Of a stretch of 50,685 bases of DNA, positions 35,528 through 45,433 are shown one piece after another (position 1 is the stretch's first letter; the number at the start of each line of letters is the position of its first letter). Position numbers and translations under genes: made by a program. The stretch is from the NCBI GenBank assembly GCA_041739995.1, contig JBGSMV010000020.1, forward strand, positions 1 through 50,685, given 5' to 3'. The stretch comes from Bdellovibrionota bacterium. GTDB lineage: Bacteria; Bdellovibrionota_C; UBA2361; JBGSMV01. Below the pieces are notes generated by a model, which was given only the letters and a program-made list of their open reading frames with translations, did no database searches and was not told where the DNA came from.

Positions 35528-36826
35528 ATGAAAGTTTTAGTGATTGGTCAGGGAGCTCGAGAACATGCCTTGTGTTGGAAGTTACGCCAATCCAGTCAGG
35601 TAACCCAGCTGTGGTGTGCTCCTGGAAATCCGGGCATTGGCACTGTGGCCAAGAATGTTCCTGTGCAGGCCGGAGACATCGAGGGGCTCGTTAGTTTTGC
35701 GGAAACTCAAGGTGTGGATCTGACGGTAGTTGGGCCAGAACTACCGCTGTCGCTTGGAGTGGTCGATGCATTCCGCGCCAAAGGGCTTAGGATTTTTGGT
35801 CCGAGCAAAGCCGCGGCAGAATTAGAGAGCTCAAAAATATTCGCCAAGAACATCATGGAACAGGCGGGGGTTCGCACCGCTAAGGCGCGCACCTTTGATT
35901 CAAAGCAGGCACTTTCTGACCACGTCGAGAGCGCTGAATTGCCATTCGTTCTCAAAGCTGACGGACTTGCCTCTGGTAAAGGCGTGGTGGTCTGTCACTC
36001 AAGAGACGATGTTGCAGAAGGCATAGAGCAGCTGTGTGATTCTCTCAAAGCTTCAACCATTATCGTCGAAGAGTTTCTTACCGGGCGTGAAGCCTCGTTC
36101 ATTGTGGCGACTGACGGAAGCCGCGTAGTTCCCCTAGCTACTTCACATGATTATAAGCGCCTTAAAGAGCGTGATCAGGGCCCCAACACGGGAGGCATGG
36201 GAAGCGTATCGCCCACGCCAGTGCTGAATGAAGGCTTGATTGCGCGGGCGGTGAAAGAGGTTGTTGAGCCAGTGCTTAAAACCATGCGCGATCGGGGCAC
36301 GCCGTTTTCTGGGTTTCTCTATGCGGGTCTTATGGTCAGAGGAGAAGAGATGGCGGTTTTGGAGTTTAATGCCCGACTAGGGGATCCTGAAACTCAGTCG
36401 ATTCTGCGGCGAATGGATAGTGATCTTTTTGAGTTACTGTTCGCGTTGAGTGACGTTTCAGGAAGTCCCTCGACCCTGTCGCCCGTTGAATGGACCTCAC
36501 AGACTGCGGTGTGCTTGGTGTTAGCGAGTCCTGGTTATCCGCATGCGCCAGAGCTTGGCGATCAGATTCATGGGGTGGAGTTAGCGAGCGATCGGCCCGG
36601 GGTCGTGGTGTTTCATGCAGGAACTACCCAAGATTCATCCGATGTTCGACCGACCGACCGACACCTTCGTACCAGTGGCGGGAGAGTCTTAAGTGTCACC
36701 TCAATGGCTGCATCGCTTGAGGAGGCTTCGCGGGTGGCTTATCAGGCTGCGGATCTCATACAGTTTCGAGGTCGCCAAGTGCGCCGTGATATCGGGGAGG
36801 ATATCGGGACAGCAGGCGAGTCTTGA
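35528..36826 (+). CDS. purD: Phosphoribosylamine--glycine ligase
   Basis: GAREHAL, APGNPG, VVGPE, LKADGLASGKGV, GPNTGGMG, EFNARLGDPE, GGRVL. Confidence 0.96.
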   Translation: MKVLVIGQGAREHALCWKLRQSSQVTQLWCAPGNPGIGTVAKNVPVQAGDIEGLVSFAETQGVDLTVVGPELPLSLGVVDAFRAKGLRIFGPSKAAAELESSKIFAKNIMEQAGVRTAKARTFDSKQALSDHVESAELPFVLKADGLASGKGVVVCHSRDDVAEGIEQLCDSLKASTIIVEEFLTGREASFIVATDGSRVVPLATSHDYKRLKERDQGPNTGGMGSVSPTPVLNEGLIARAVKEVVEPVLKTMRDRGTPFSGFLYAGLMVRGEEMAVLEFNARLGDPETQSILRRMDSDLFELLFALSDVSGSPSTLSPVEWTSQTAVCLVLASPGYPHAPELGDQIHGVELASDRPGVVVFHAGTTQDSSDVRPTDRHLRTSGGRVLSVTSMAASLEEASRVAYQAADLIQFRGRQVRRDIGEDIGTAGES

Positions 36827-36948
36827 GCCTTGAGGGCTGAAGCGCAGCAGAGTAAGCTAGCGCCATGGCCGCAAGGGATCGTTCACTACTGCGATATTCA
36901 TTCTGGGTTGATTCCGTTCCAGGGCGAGCGGGGTGTCGATCTTTGGCG

Positions 36949-37341
36949 ATGCGCTTCTCATTCTTATGCGCCGCCGTGTTCTCACTCTCAATTTTTAATT
37001 GTTTTTATTCTGTGACCCCGCTTCAAGCGCAAGCGCCCAACGCGAGCATTGCCAAGAACTCGGCCGAGCTGCGCATCGTCGATAGAGCTGGGCTGACCCG
37101 ATTTAGTGCGCAGATTCGAAATACAGAAATGCTTGAGGCCTCTATAACCGGCGGAGAAGTCGAAGCGATACTGACCCATGTTGACGGCCTCTCAGCACCG
37201 GTGCGTGGGCGTCGCTTGAATGAGAAAGTTTTTCGTTTTGATCAGGTTCCTCCTGGTACCTGGCGTATCTCAGTCATGACTGCAGGCACCGATCAAGAAG
37301 ACACTCGGGCTCGAGTTTTAATGATCAAGGCGGGTCAGTAA
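36949..37341 (+). CDS. Hypothetical secreted beta-rich protein
   Basis: Signal-like N-terminus; FRFDQVPPGTWRISV resembles prealbumin-like / carboxypeptidase-regulatory-like folds. Confidence 0.55.
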   Translation: MRFSFLCAAVFSLSIFNCFYSVTPLQAQAPNASIAKNSAELRIVDRAGLTRFSAQIRNTEMLEASITGGEVEAILTHVDGLSAPVRGRRLNEKVFRFDQVPPGTWRISVMTAGTDQEDTRARVLMIKAGQ

Positions 37342-37345
37342 TAGG

Positions 37346-39025
37346 ATGCCGCTGGTAGATAATCCCGCCGCACACGCCACACTACTTTCACGCGAAGACA
37401 GCTTTCGTCATCTTGCTGACAAGCCATGGTGCGATGTGTTGGTGGTGGGTGGAGGAATTCACGGAGCGACATTCGCTCAACTCGCCGCGCTGCATGGCAT
37501 GCGTACCGTATTGTTAGAGCGCGGAGACTTCGCTCAGGGGACTTCGTCTAGAAGTTCAAGGCTGGCACACGGCGGCATTCGCTATCTCGAACACTTTGAC
37601 TTTCGCCAGGTGTTTGAGGGCATTAGAGAACGAGAAAATCTTCTAAGAGTTGCGCCGCACCTAGTGCGTAGCCAAGAGTTTCAAGCACTTACTTTAGAGA
37701 ATGACTCGCTGCTTCGAATGCAGATGCGTCTCGGACTCAGCTTGTATGCATTGATGGCGCTCGGGCGCGCGGGCCTGCCAAAACAACGTGCAGTACCGCC
37801 GGGAATGAGCACCGCTTTTGGACCAGGATTTTTGTATCGAGACGGCATTCTTTCGGATACGCGCTTGGTGCTCGAAAGGGTACTTGCGGCGCGGCAAGAA
37901 GGTGCTCACTGCTTGAACTATACCGAAAGCTTGCTGTTTCTCCACAATCCTACTGGAGTCGATGTGCGCTTTGTTGACCGAGTTTCTGGAACTCAAGGCA
38001 GTATTCAAGCCGGTATTGTGGTGAATACTGCGGGGCCTTGGATTTCAACAGCGGGTGGAATGAAAACCCGCGAGCTCGAGCCGCTGCTTCGCTTCAGCAG
38101 AGGTTCACATGTGTTGTACTCGAAGCCGTGGCAAGGCCCGGCATTGGTGCTTCCGATTCGAGACGGGAGGACCCGCGTTAAAGGCCGCTATTATTTTGTG
38201 ACACCGCATCCGGGCGGAACACTCGTGGGAACTACTGAGCGGGAGGTTGACGCTCTTGAGCTCGACCCACTGCCATCGCCTGATGAGATTGAAGAGATTC
38301 AGAGCCGAGTAGAAGTTGACTTGCCCGGAATGGGTTTGAGTCGTGAGAGTGCTTTTTACTGTTTTGCCGGCTACCGCGCATTGCCTGCCGCATCGCCGGC
38401 TGGCGAATCTGAGGTTGACGCCTTGTCGCGGCGACATCGTTGGATATTTCGAAAGGGGGTGCTATCGCTGGTCGGAGGGAAGTACACCACCGCGGCCTGG
38501 GCCTGTGAGGAGGGATTTAGATTACTATTGAAAGTGTCCGGCGCAGATGTTCATCGCGCTTCTTTGCGAAGCCGCTTGCTTCCTGGCGCTGCTGATTTAT
38601 CGAATCGGGTTACGGCTTTTTCTCATGCCTGCCGCGATGCGGGTGTTCCCGAGCAGGTGAAAGTCCAGACCATCGCTCGCTTAGGGAGTAGGGTATCGAG
38701 TCTCCTTAATTATACGGAAGGACTTAAGGTACTCGGGGACTGCGTATTAAAGGGGGAGCTCCAGCTCGCTCTTGATGTGGAACAAGCTCTTAGTCTTGAG
38801 GACGTGATGCGTAGACGAGTGGAGCTTGAGCTTAAGCCCGGGCATGGCATCGGAACGCTTAGTCAGGCGGGAGAGGTGACGACTGAGTTGTGCGAGATGA
38901 TACCACGCTTAGAATTTACCGGTGCACCAGAGGCGCAGCGCGCTCGTTATGTGGAGCGCATGAGCATCATCGAACAGCTTCTTCGACCGTCCAGTGAGGT
39001 TGGGGCGTCTGTACGAAACAAATGA
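37346..39025 (+). CDS. glpD: FAD-dependent glycerol-3-phosphate dehydrogenase
   Basis: DVLVVGGGIHG, DFAQGTSSRSSRLAHGGIRYLE, VNTAGPW, GSH, VGTTE, GGKYTT. Confidence 0.88.
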   Translation: MPLVDNPAAHATLLSREDSFRHLADKPWCDVLVVGGGIHGATFAQLAALHGMRTVLLERGDFAQGTSSRSSRLAHGGIRYLEHFDFRQVFEGIRERENLLRVAPHLVRSQEFQALTLENDSLLRMQMRLGLSLYALMALGRAGLPKQRAVPPGMSTAFGPGFLYRDGILSDTRLVLERVLAARQEGAHCLNYTESLLFLHNPTGVDVRFVDRVSGTQGSIQAGIVVNTAGPWISTAGGMKTRELEPLLRFSRGSHVLYSKPWQGPALVLPIRDGRTRVKGRYYFVTPHPGGTLVGTTEREVDALELDPLPSPDEIEEIQSRVEVDLPGMGLSRESAFYCFAGYRALPAASPAGESEVDALSRRHRWIFRKGVLSLVGGKYTTAAWACEEGFRLLLKVSGADVHRASLRSRLLPGAADLSNRVTAFSHACRDAGVPEQVKVQTIARLGSRVSSLLNYTEGLKVLGDCVLKGELQLALDVEQALSLEDVMRRRVELELKPGHGIGTLSQAGEVTTELCEMIPRLEFTGAPEAQRARYVERMSIIEQLLRPSSEVGASVRNK

Positions 39026-39513
39026 TTTTTAACTTTCTTGATTCCCATCAGATCGAGTACCAACAAGTGGATCATCCACCAGTGTACACGTGCGAAGAAG
39101 CCAAACGGCTGGTTCCCGATTTGCCCGGTGCTGAAACAAAGAATCTGTTTCTCCGTGATGGCAAAGGTCAGCGGCATTTCCTATTGGCGGTCGCCCCAGA
39201 GAAGAACGTTGATCTAAAAACCCTCTCAAAGTCGCTGGAAGTGTCTGGTTTAAGTTTTGCATCGCCTGAGAGATTGGCAAAATACCTGAGATTATCCCCG
39301 GGATCGGTCACTTTGCTTGCCGTGGTAAATGACAGCGAGAAACAGGTAGAAGTTTTGATTGACGAGGAGCTTTGGTCGAATGAGGCATTTCTATGCCACC
39401 CACTGGTGAACACCAGTACGCTCTCATTGAATAAGCAATCGCTGAGCAGATTCTTTGAACTGACTGGGCATTCACCGAAGATTATTTCAGTGCCTTCGAG
39501 GGGGAGCCACTAA
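39022..39513 (+). CDS. YbaK/ProX-family aminoacyl-tRNA deacylase (ProXp-ala/PrdX-like)
   Basis: HPPVYTCEEA, TKNLFLRD, LSFASPE, PGSVT, HPLVNT. Confidence 0.9.
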   Translation: MIFNFLDSHQIEYQQVDHPPVYTCEEAKRLVPDLPGAETKNLFLRDGKGQRHFLLAVAPEKNVDLKTLSKSLEVSGLSFASPERLAKYLRLSPGSVTLLAVVNDSEKQVEVLIDEELWSNEAFLCHPLVNTSTLSLNKQSLSRFFELTGHSPKIISVPSRGSH

Positions 39514-39516
39514 ACT

Positions 39517-39795
39517 ATGAAACGAGCAATAAGAATATTTTTCGGACTTGTGTTGCTTTTGGCCTCAGTGCCGTTGTGGAAGCAGTTTGTTGTCTTTCCC
39601 ATTGGTCTCTACACGTCGGTGGAGTTAATTGCATCGAACAATGGGTGGGGCGATATCTCAACCTTGTTGGGCCGGCTGACTGGAGATTTCCTTTTGCTGG
39701 TCGTTTGTTGCGGTTTGCTCTACTTTGGCGTGAGGCCCTTGAGAGGGAAGCGCCCACTGCGCTTGGACCCTAGCGAGGCCAGCAAGATCAGCTAG
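39517..39795 (+). CDS. Small membrane protein
   Basis: 92 aa with two to three hydrophobic segments; starts 3 nt after the upstream stop. Confidence 0.6.
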   Translation: MKRAIRIFFGLVLLLASVPLWKQFVVFPIGLYTSVELIASNNGWGDISTLLGRLTGDFLLLVVCCGLLYFGVRPLRGKRPLRLDPSEASKIS

Positions 39796-39799
39796 GCGT

Positions 39800-39829
39800 T
39801 TGTGCACAGTTCTGTTGTGCACAGTTCTG
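39800..39829. repeat. 15-bp tandem duplication just after a stop codon
   Basis: ttgtgcacagttctg x2. Confidence 0.9.
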
Positions 39830-39972
39830 TTTATTAGGGTCCGCCTTCGCTCACATGTGTCTGTGCCGCCATTCAAGTCGATTAGGCTTCCTCTTCCGCC
39901 AAGGCTACCGAGGACAAGTCGGCGGGACGTCGTCGTCTGTGCCACAGACTCCTAGAACGGTTTCACGGTGAA

Positions 39973-41001
39973 CTAGGGGGTGAGCACAATTTTACCAAAC
40001 TGTTGTCCCTGCTCCAAATGTTGGAGCATTTCGATGCCTTTAGAGAGTGGTTCCACGCAATCAATCACCGGCTTAATGTCGTTCTTCCACATGAAGTTCA
40101 GTACATCAATGAAATCTTGAGAATTTCCCATGGTGGATCCAAGCACACTGACCTGCTTGGTAAAGAGTACTCGATTGTCAAAATTAATTGAGTGACCACT
40201 GGTATTTCCTACCGTAACGATCCGACCGCCGCGACGGACAGCCCAAAGGCTATTCGCAAAAGTCGCGGCGCCTACATTGTCTATGACGACGTCAACTCCA
40301 CGACCCTTAGTGAGCCTAAGTATATCCACGTGCCACTTAGGATTTTTACTGTAATCAATTACGTGCTCAGCACCGAGTTCCATGGCGCGAGTAGCCTTTT
40401 GTGCTGATCCTGCAAGTGCGTAAACGGTAGCTCCTGCTGCCTTGGCAAGTTGAATGGAGAGAGAGTTCACACCGCCGCCGGCTCCTACGACAAGCACCGA
40501 CTGTCCTGGCAAGAGTTCTGCGCGCTTAAACAGCATGCGCCAGCACGTCATGCCTACTAACAAAGGAGCGCAGCCTTCCTCAAAGCTCACCGAGTCTGGT
40601 AGTTTAAAGACATTTTGAGTCGGTACGGTTACAAACTCCGCGAGGCCGCCAGGGATGTGTTCTCCCAAAATGCGGTACCCGGGACTCAAGCTCGCTTCGC
40701 CATTGCGAGTCCATTCGTCTTCTGCCGTGCTGATGCCAGGATTTATGATTACTCGGTCGCCAACACTCCAAGCCGAGGATGAGTTTACTGAGACGATTTC
40801 ACCTGCGACGTCGCTACCTGACACGTGCGGCATTTGAAGCTTGAGACCTTCCCAGCCGCGTCGAATCCAAATGTCGAGATGATTGAGGGCTACGGCACGC
40901 ACCCGGATTAGAGCTTCGCCTGGTGCTGGTTTTGGATCGGGCAGATCTCCGAACTTCAAAACTTCGATGTCTCCGTGTTGTTCAAAGAAAATGGCTTTCA
41001 T
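39973..41001 (-). CDS. MDR-family oxidoreductase (quinone reductase / Zn-ADH-like, without Zn-ligand cysteines)
   Basis: ALNHLD, PHVSGSDVAG, VLVVGAGGGV, GSTMG, QFGKIVL. Confidence 0.9.
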   Translation of the reverse strand: MKAIFFEQHGDIEVLKFGDLPDPKPAPGEALIRVRAVALNHLDIWIRRGWEGLKLQMPHVSGSDVAGEIVSVNSSSAWSVGDRVIINPGISTAEDEWTRNGEASLSPGYRILGEHIPGGLAEFVTVPTQNVFKLPDSVSFEEGCAPLLVGMTCWRMLFKRAELLPGQSVLVVGAGGGVNSLSIQLAKAAGATVYALAGSAQKATRAMELGAEHVIDYSKNPKWHVDILRLTKGRGVDVVIDNVGAATFANSLWAVRRGGRIVTVGNTSGHSINFDNRVLFTKQVSVLGSTMGNSQDFIDVLNFMWKNDIKPVIDCVEPLSKGIEMLQHLEQGQQFGKIVLTP

Positions 41002-41930
41002 TTCGGTTCCTCAATATTAGCTCTGATCACTTTCGGCCCCTTAAAACACAGCGCCGCCCACTCTCCGCTATGTCGTTCCGAAACTAGCACAAGTCCACAC
41101 CGAGAATAGAGGCTACGTATGCGCTGGGCCTCAGATAAGTACATTCCTGACAGAAGGAGAAGCCCCTCGGGCGCCACGAGAGCCGCAAGATCCTCTGCGA
41201 TAGTCTCAAGAATCGCGGCATACAGGTTTGCGGCGACCAAAGGAAAAGGCCCAGAGATCGAAGCGATATCCCCGCAAACCAGCGGTATGGAATAGACGCA
41301 GTGATTAATTCCTAAGTTTTCCTTTGCATTCTTAAGCGCTTCGAAATCAATATCGACCCCTAGTACCCGCATACGGAAAAGCTTGTGGATAGCAAGGGCC
41401 AGTAATCCGCTGCCTGTTCCTAAGTCGAGGGCATCGAAGCCCGTTGTTTCGTGACTTGGCCGAGTAGGGGGTGGCACCAGTGCGGGATCTTGTAGCATCT
41501 CGATAATCATTGCGGTGGTGGCGTGGTGCCCGGTCCCAAAACCAAAGCCGGGAACGATTCTCAGTTCATCCGCTTGTGGTGCGGTTGGTGGTGCTTGTTC
41601 TGTGGAAAGAAAGGGAATGATGTTTAATGCCCCGACGGTAAGCGGTTGCCAAACGTCGTGGCACTCCTGCACCCAGTTTCGCTCCTCCACTGAGATGCTA
41701 GAGATAATTTGAAAGCCCGCTTCAGTGGCTGCCGAGCAAAAGTTCAGAGCAGCGTGCGGGTCGCTCAGAAGGTAGGCACGCAGGGAGTCTGGTGAGTCGA
41801 TCACCGTTCCCGAGGCGCCGTGCTCAAGGCACCAAGCTCCTGCTGTCTCAGAATCGGGGGCTTTTAGGCTGTAGCAACGCCATTCAGGCCTGTTGCTCTT
41901 CTGCTCTGGGGAAAGGTCGGGTATGCTCAT
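40998..41930 (-). CDS. prmA: Ribosomal protein L11 methyltransferase
   Basis: PGFGFGTGHHATT, LDLGTGSGLLA, VDID, ANL, LLSGM, EWAAL; start 41930 chosen to avoid overlapping the divergent gene. Confidence 0.88.
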   Translation of the reverse strand: MSIPDLSPEQKSNRPEWRCYSLKAPDSETAGAWCLEHGASGTVIDSPDSLRAYLLSDPHAALNFCSAATEAGFQIISSISVEERNWVQECHDVWQPLTVGALNIIPFLSTEQAPPTAPQADELRIVPGFGFGTGHHATTAMIIEMLQDPALVPPPTRPSHETTGFDALDLGTGSGLLALAIHKLFRMRVLGVDIDFEALKNAKENLGINHCVYSIPLVCGDIASISGPFPLVAANLYAAILETIAEDLAALVAPEGLLLLSGMYLSEAQRIRSLYSRCGLVLVSERHSGEWAALCFKGPKVIRANIEEPK

Positions 41931-41956
41931 GGTTAATTTATTAGAGGTCATTACAG

Positions 41957-42424
41957 ATGGACAATAAAGCAAAGAATAAAGAAATCGTCGACGCCCTACT
42001 GACGGCATACTGGATGGAGATGGAAACTCTGATGAACTATCTCGCTCTGTCCGTCGACCTCAACGGAGTGAGAGCCGAAGAGATCAAGAAAGCCCTTCAG
42101 GCCGACTTAACGGTGGAGTTGGGCCATGCGCAGATGATTGCGAAGCGTGTCAGAGTACTCGGGGGCGTGGTGCCCGGCAGTTTGCATTTTAGGCCGAACC
42201 AAGAATCCTTGCAGCCTCCGGCAAAGAGCACAGACGTTGCGACCGTCATTAAAGGCGTCATAGACGCAGAGAATGCAGCGATCTCACAGTATCGAAAGAT
42301 TATCGGTCTATGCGAAGGCTATGACTATCCGACTCAGGATATGTGTACTTCTCTGCTTGGAGACGAAGAGGATCATCGCCGCGAGTTTCTAGGCTTTCTC
42401 ACTGAGTACGAAGGCGAGAAATAG
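41957..42424 (+). CDS. Ferritin-like di-iron four-helix-bundle protein
   Basis: YWMEMET, VELGHA, AENAAISQY, DEEDH ExxH-type ligands. Confidence 0.85.
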   Translation: MDNKAKNKEIVDALLTAYWMEMETLMNYLALSVDLNGVRAEEIKKALQADLTVELGHAQMIAKRVRVLGGVVPGSLHFRPNQESLQPPAKSTDVATVIKGVIDAENAAISQYRKIIGLCEGYDYPTQDMCTSLLGDEEDHRREFLGFLTEYEGEK

Positions 42425-42505
42425 GCGTCTCGTATTGAACGCTGTTGGAGATGCGGTCCTGAGAATTGCGCAAGAGGCGAGCACTACGTCTTAAGCTACG
42501 GTCTT

Positions 42506-44185
42506 CTAAGCCGCAGACTTCTGGCCCACATACCCACGCGCGAGGATCGAAGACCTCGTAGGTGCGGTGTAGTTGCAGAGTCCTCGTGCTTCAAGAAGTG
42601 CCAGCAAGTGATCTCGGCCATGTGAGGCGATCAGTTTAGCTTCGTCGGCAGTGATGCCGATGATATTCGCAAAGTGAAACGGACCGTCTTCCGCAAGTTG
42701 TTGCGCCTGAACATTGGGGCAGGGCACCGCCATAAGGGCATTAAGCTTGCAGTCCTTTGCGCCGGTGAGTGAGCGCCCAAAGGCGAGAGCGGAATTTGCC
42801 TTGAGCGGATTTGCTCGCTCAGAAGCCACCAGTAATGACCCGGCGGCAAGCACTTGAGCGACCCAGCTCGGTGGGCTGAAGGGGTTGGGCATCGAGGCGG
42901 ACGCGTCCACATTCCTTGGGGTGTGAAACTCGTGTTCGGCTACCTCAGGTCCAAAACTACTCGCAGGGATTCGAAAGACGAGCTCGTGTCTGAGGCGAGC
43001 CCCGTGGTGACTGAGCTCTTCAGAGGTCGTACCGCCTTGAGGGCATCTTGCCACGTTCCTGAGCCCATCGGTTACAATCACCACTTGAGCTTCTGAAGGT
43101 TGTCCTGTCGCAGCGGATTCCCCTGGCGCGCTGTTTGGAGTGCTATTTTGGTAAAAAATCGACACGGGAACTTCGTCAGGATCGAAGCAAAATTCCTCAA
43201 GAGTTCGCTCAGGAAATCCAATCTCGCGAAGTGAATGAGAGAAAGAAAAAGCACCCTGCCACTTTGGAGCGCCTAACATGGCCTCCCAGAGCTCGCTTGC
43301 ACACGAGAGCACGGGTCTCGGGAAACGGCGAACCGAGCGCAGAGAAAGCGGTCGAACCTGTCGCGGGACAATAAAAATGTCTGCGCCGGCAAACCAATCA
43401 TTGAGCCGCCCACCTTGGCGGTTGTGGGTTGCGTAGAGCTGTCCGACGGCGCGTAACTGTGACGAGAAGCCGTTTTCTATTACCTCATTTCTAACCTTTC
43501 GAAAGAAGGCGACGACAAGGCGGCGCAGCTCGCGTTCCGACCAGCGCACTTGAAGAGCCAGAGGAAATCTGGAGTAAACCGATTGGACCAGCTCTCTGGT
43601 GTCTACCAGCCGAGTGAAGCGACTTTCAGGAAGACAAGAAGTGTCTTCGCACTTCTCGAAGGTAAGCGTTTGCAAGACTTCTTCGCGAAGCACACCCCAA
43701 GAACCCATCAGATGAGTCTGTGCGCTGAGTTTGCGCTTGGGGCAGAGAATGCCAAAGTTTTCTAAAACGACCGGACGTTCAGCTTGAACGAAATGGAGTA
43801 GGGCAGTGTTGAGTTCAAAACGTAAGAGCTCGTCAATCTCAGGATCGATCGCTGCATGATCGGTGGGGACGCTACTGTCTGACGAGCGTGCGCGGGTATG
43901 GGAGGTGTGGGTGGTGGAGCTGGGGTCAGCATCTGTCGAGCCCGCAGGGGATCGTCTGTTTCGCTCAGGCGGTGTCTCGGAGCTCATATCTTTTACCAAA
44001 TCATTCTGTGGGGCGTTTCTCGCAAGGTGCGCCTTTAGATTTGTCTTTAAATCTGACTGACCGTCGGGCTGAAAGGGGCGCGTAGCGAGTGGCTGAGTAA
44101 AGTTCTCACGGATCTTCCGCTCGTCATTTCTTGTCTCGCCTTCCTCATGTTCCGAAGCAGGTGTGCCGCCGGTGTTTGAATCCAT
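42506..44185 (-). CDS. Fusion protein: disordered N-terminus, tandem HU-like domains, C-terminal SUFU-like domain
   Basis: VVLENFGIL and QLRAVGQLY (HU-like beta-arm starts); VTDGL...HELVFRI...PPSW...GPFHFANIIGITADEA...TAPTRSSIL (Suppressor-of-fused-like). Confidence 0.6.
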   Translation of the reverse strand: MDSNTGGTPASEHEEGETRNDERKIRENFTQPLATRPFQPDGQSDLKTNLKAHLARNAPQNDLVKDMSSETPPERNRRSPAGSTDADPSSTTHTSHTRARSSDSSVPTDHAAIDPEIDELLRFELNTALLHFVQAERPVVLENFGILCPKRKLSAQTHLMGSWGVLREEVLQTLTFEKCEDTSCLPESRFTRLVDTRELVQSVYSRFPLALQVRWSERELRRLVVAFFRKVRNEVIENGFSSQLRAVGQLYATHNRQGGRLNDWFAGADIFIVPRQVRPLSLRSVRRFPRPVLSCASELWEAMLGAPKWQGAFSFSHSLREIGFPERTLEEFCFDPDEVPVSIFYQNSTPNSAPGESAATGQPSEAQVVIVTDGLRNVARCPQGGTTSEELSHHGARLRHELVFRIPASSFGPEVAEHEFHTPRNVDASASMPNPFSPPSWVAQVLAAGSLLVASERANPLKANSALAFGRSLTGAKDCKLNALMAVPCPNVQAQQLAEDGPFHFANIIGITADEAKLIASHGRDHLLALLEARGLCNYTAPTRSSILARGYVGQKSAA

Positions 44186-44685
44186 ATCTGGCCTGTAACG
44201 TTATGGGGCGTTCAATGCCTAGTTTTTTTAATCTCTCTCGTTCTCCGCTTTCTTCGAGTACCTTGTGCTCCGAGGATGTTAACCCAATCGGTTCTGGTCG
44301 CCGAATTACTCTCGTGTCAAACAACAGGGGAGCTGAAAAAGAGCACGTTGAGAGAGGGCGTCGAATGACTCAACTGTCACGATGGGCTCGGGTCTCAAGT
44401 ATCATGAACTTCTATCTGGACTTGTCTGCGGAATCAACTGCGTGACTCAAGCCCGCGACCCGAGCCATTGCGGAGATCGGAGCCTGAGAAGGGAATGCTT
44501 CGTACTACCTAATCGCCCAGACACGCGAGTCAGCCAGGAATGAATCGTAAGGCACCAGGCATAGCTATGATTTAGTCGTGACGCTAATGGGGACAGCAGC
44601 ACTTTAACCTAGGGAGCAGGAAAAGTGCGCAGCCGAAAATACGCCGCCGAAATCGCACAGCGAGATACGAGTGAGGGTCAAAAAA

Positions 44686-45012
44686 TCAAAGAGCTTTCTG
44701 AATTGCCGCCAAAAGAGTCTCTTTTGGCACTGCTCCGACGATCTGTTCGACGACCTTACCGCCCTTAAAGATTACGAGATTTGGGATCCCTCGCACGTTA
44801 TAGCCTGAGGGGGTGCGTGGATTGTCGTCCACGTTCATCTTTGTGATCTTAAAGCGCCCTGCGAACTCCTTAGCCAGTTCCTCTAGGACAGGGGCAATAC
44901 TCTTGCAGGGCCCACACCAAGGGGCCCAAAAATCCACCAAGGTCGGATTGGCCTCTTTGAGGACTTCTTCGTCAAAAGTAGCGTCAGAAATTTCTTTAAC
45001 ATTTTCAGACAT
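44686..45012 (-). CDS. trxA: Thioredoxin
   Basis: VDFWAPWCGPCK, VRGIPNL; GAGGA RBS. Confidence 0.96.
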   Translation of the reverse strand: MSENVKEISDATFDEEVLKEANPTLVDFWAPWCGPCKSIAPVLEELAKEFAGRFKITKMNVDDNPRTPSGYNVRGIPNLVIFKGGKVVEQIVGAVPKETLLAAIQKAL

Positions 45013-45433
45013 TTAATCCTCACGAGCGGTTAGGCGAGGTTTCAAGAGGGCAAGTATCACTAGACACTCGGCGACTGTCAACGCTTGGGGTATGAGCCCC
45101 GTCGTATCGTGACCGAACTCTAACTTTAAGTTTGTTGAACCTTCCAGGGTAGCGTGGCATCCTAAGTTTAACTTGATTGAAGTAAGAAGCGCTAGAAACT
45201 GTATCCCTTTCGCACGCAAGACCTCAACAACAGCTGTTCTGACAGAGGTCGGCAGCAGAAAGAAAGCTAGGGCGGCGAAAGGGATGCAGGGTCAAAAAGG
45301 ACGTAGGTCGCGCGGAGTAGGGCTCAGTTAAGGGTGCTTTGTAGTTGGATCACGCGAGCGAACTGAGCCGCGAGTCTGTCAAGCGAAGCCGGGTTTTGTC
45401 TCTTAGGATTGTACTGAAGGTGGAGGATGAGTC

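Noticed and set aside
44385..44466. Structured ncRNA (6S/SRP-like) in the 500-bp gap downstream of trxA
   Set aside because: Only a 10-bp stem (ggctcgggtc/gacccgagcc) is evident and no family consensus is recognisable. An Rfam search is needed.
44555..44600. c-di-GMP-I riboswitch-like ggcatagc...gacgctaa
   Set aside because: It lacks the GNRA loop and second stem, and no gene lies downstream on that strand.
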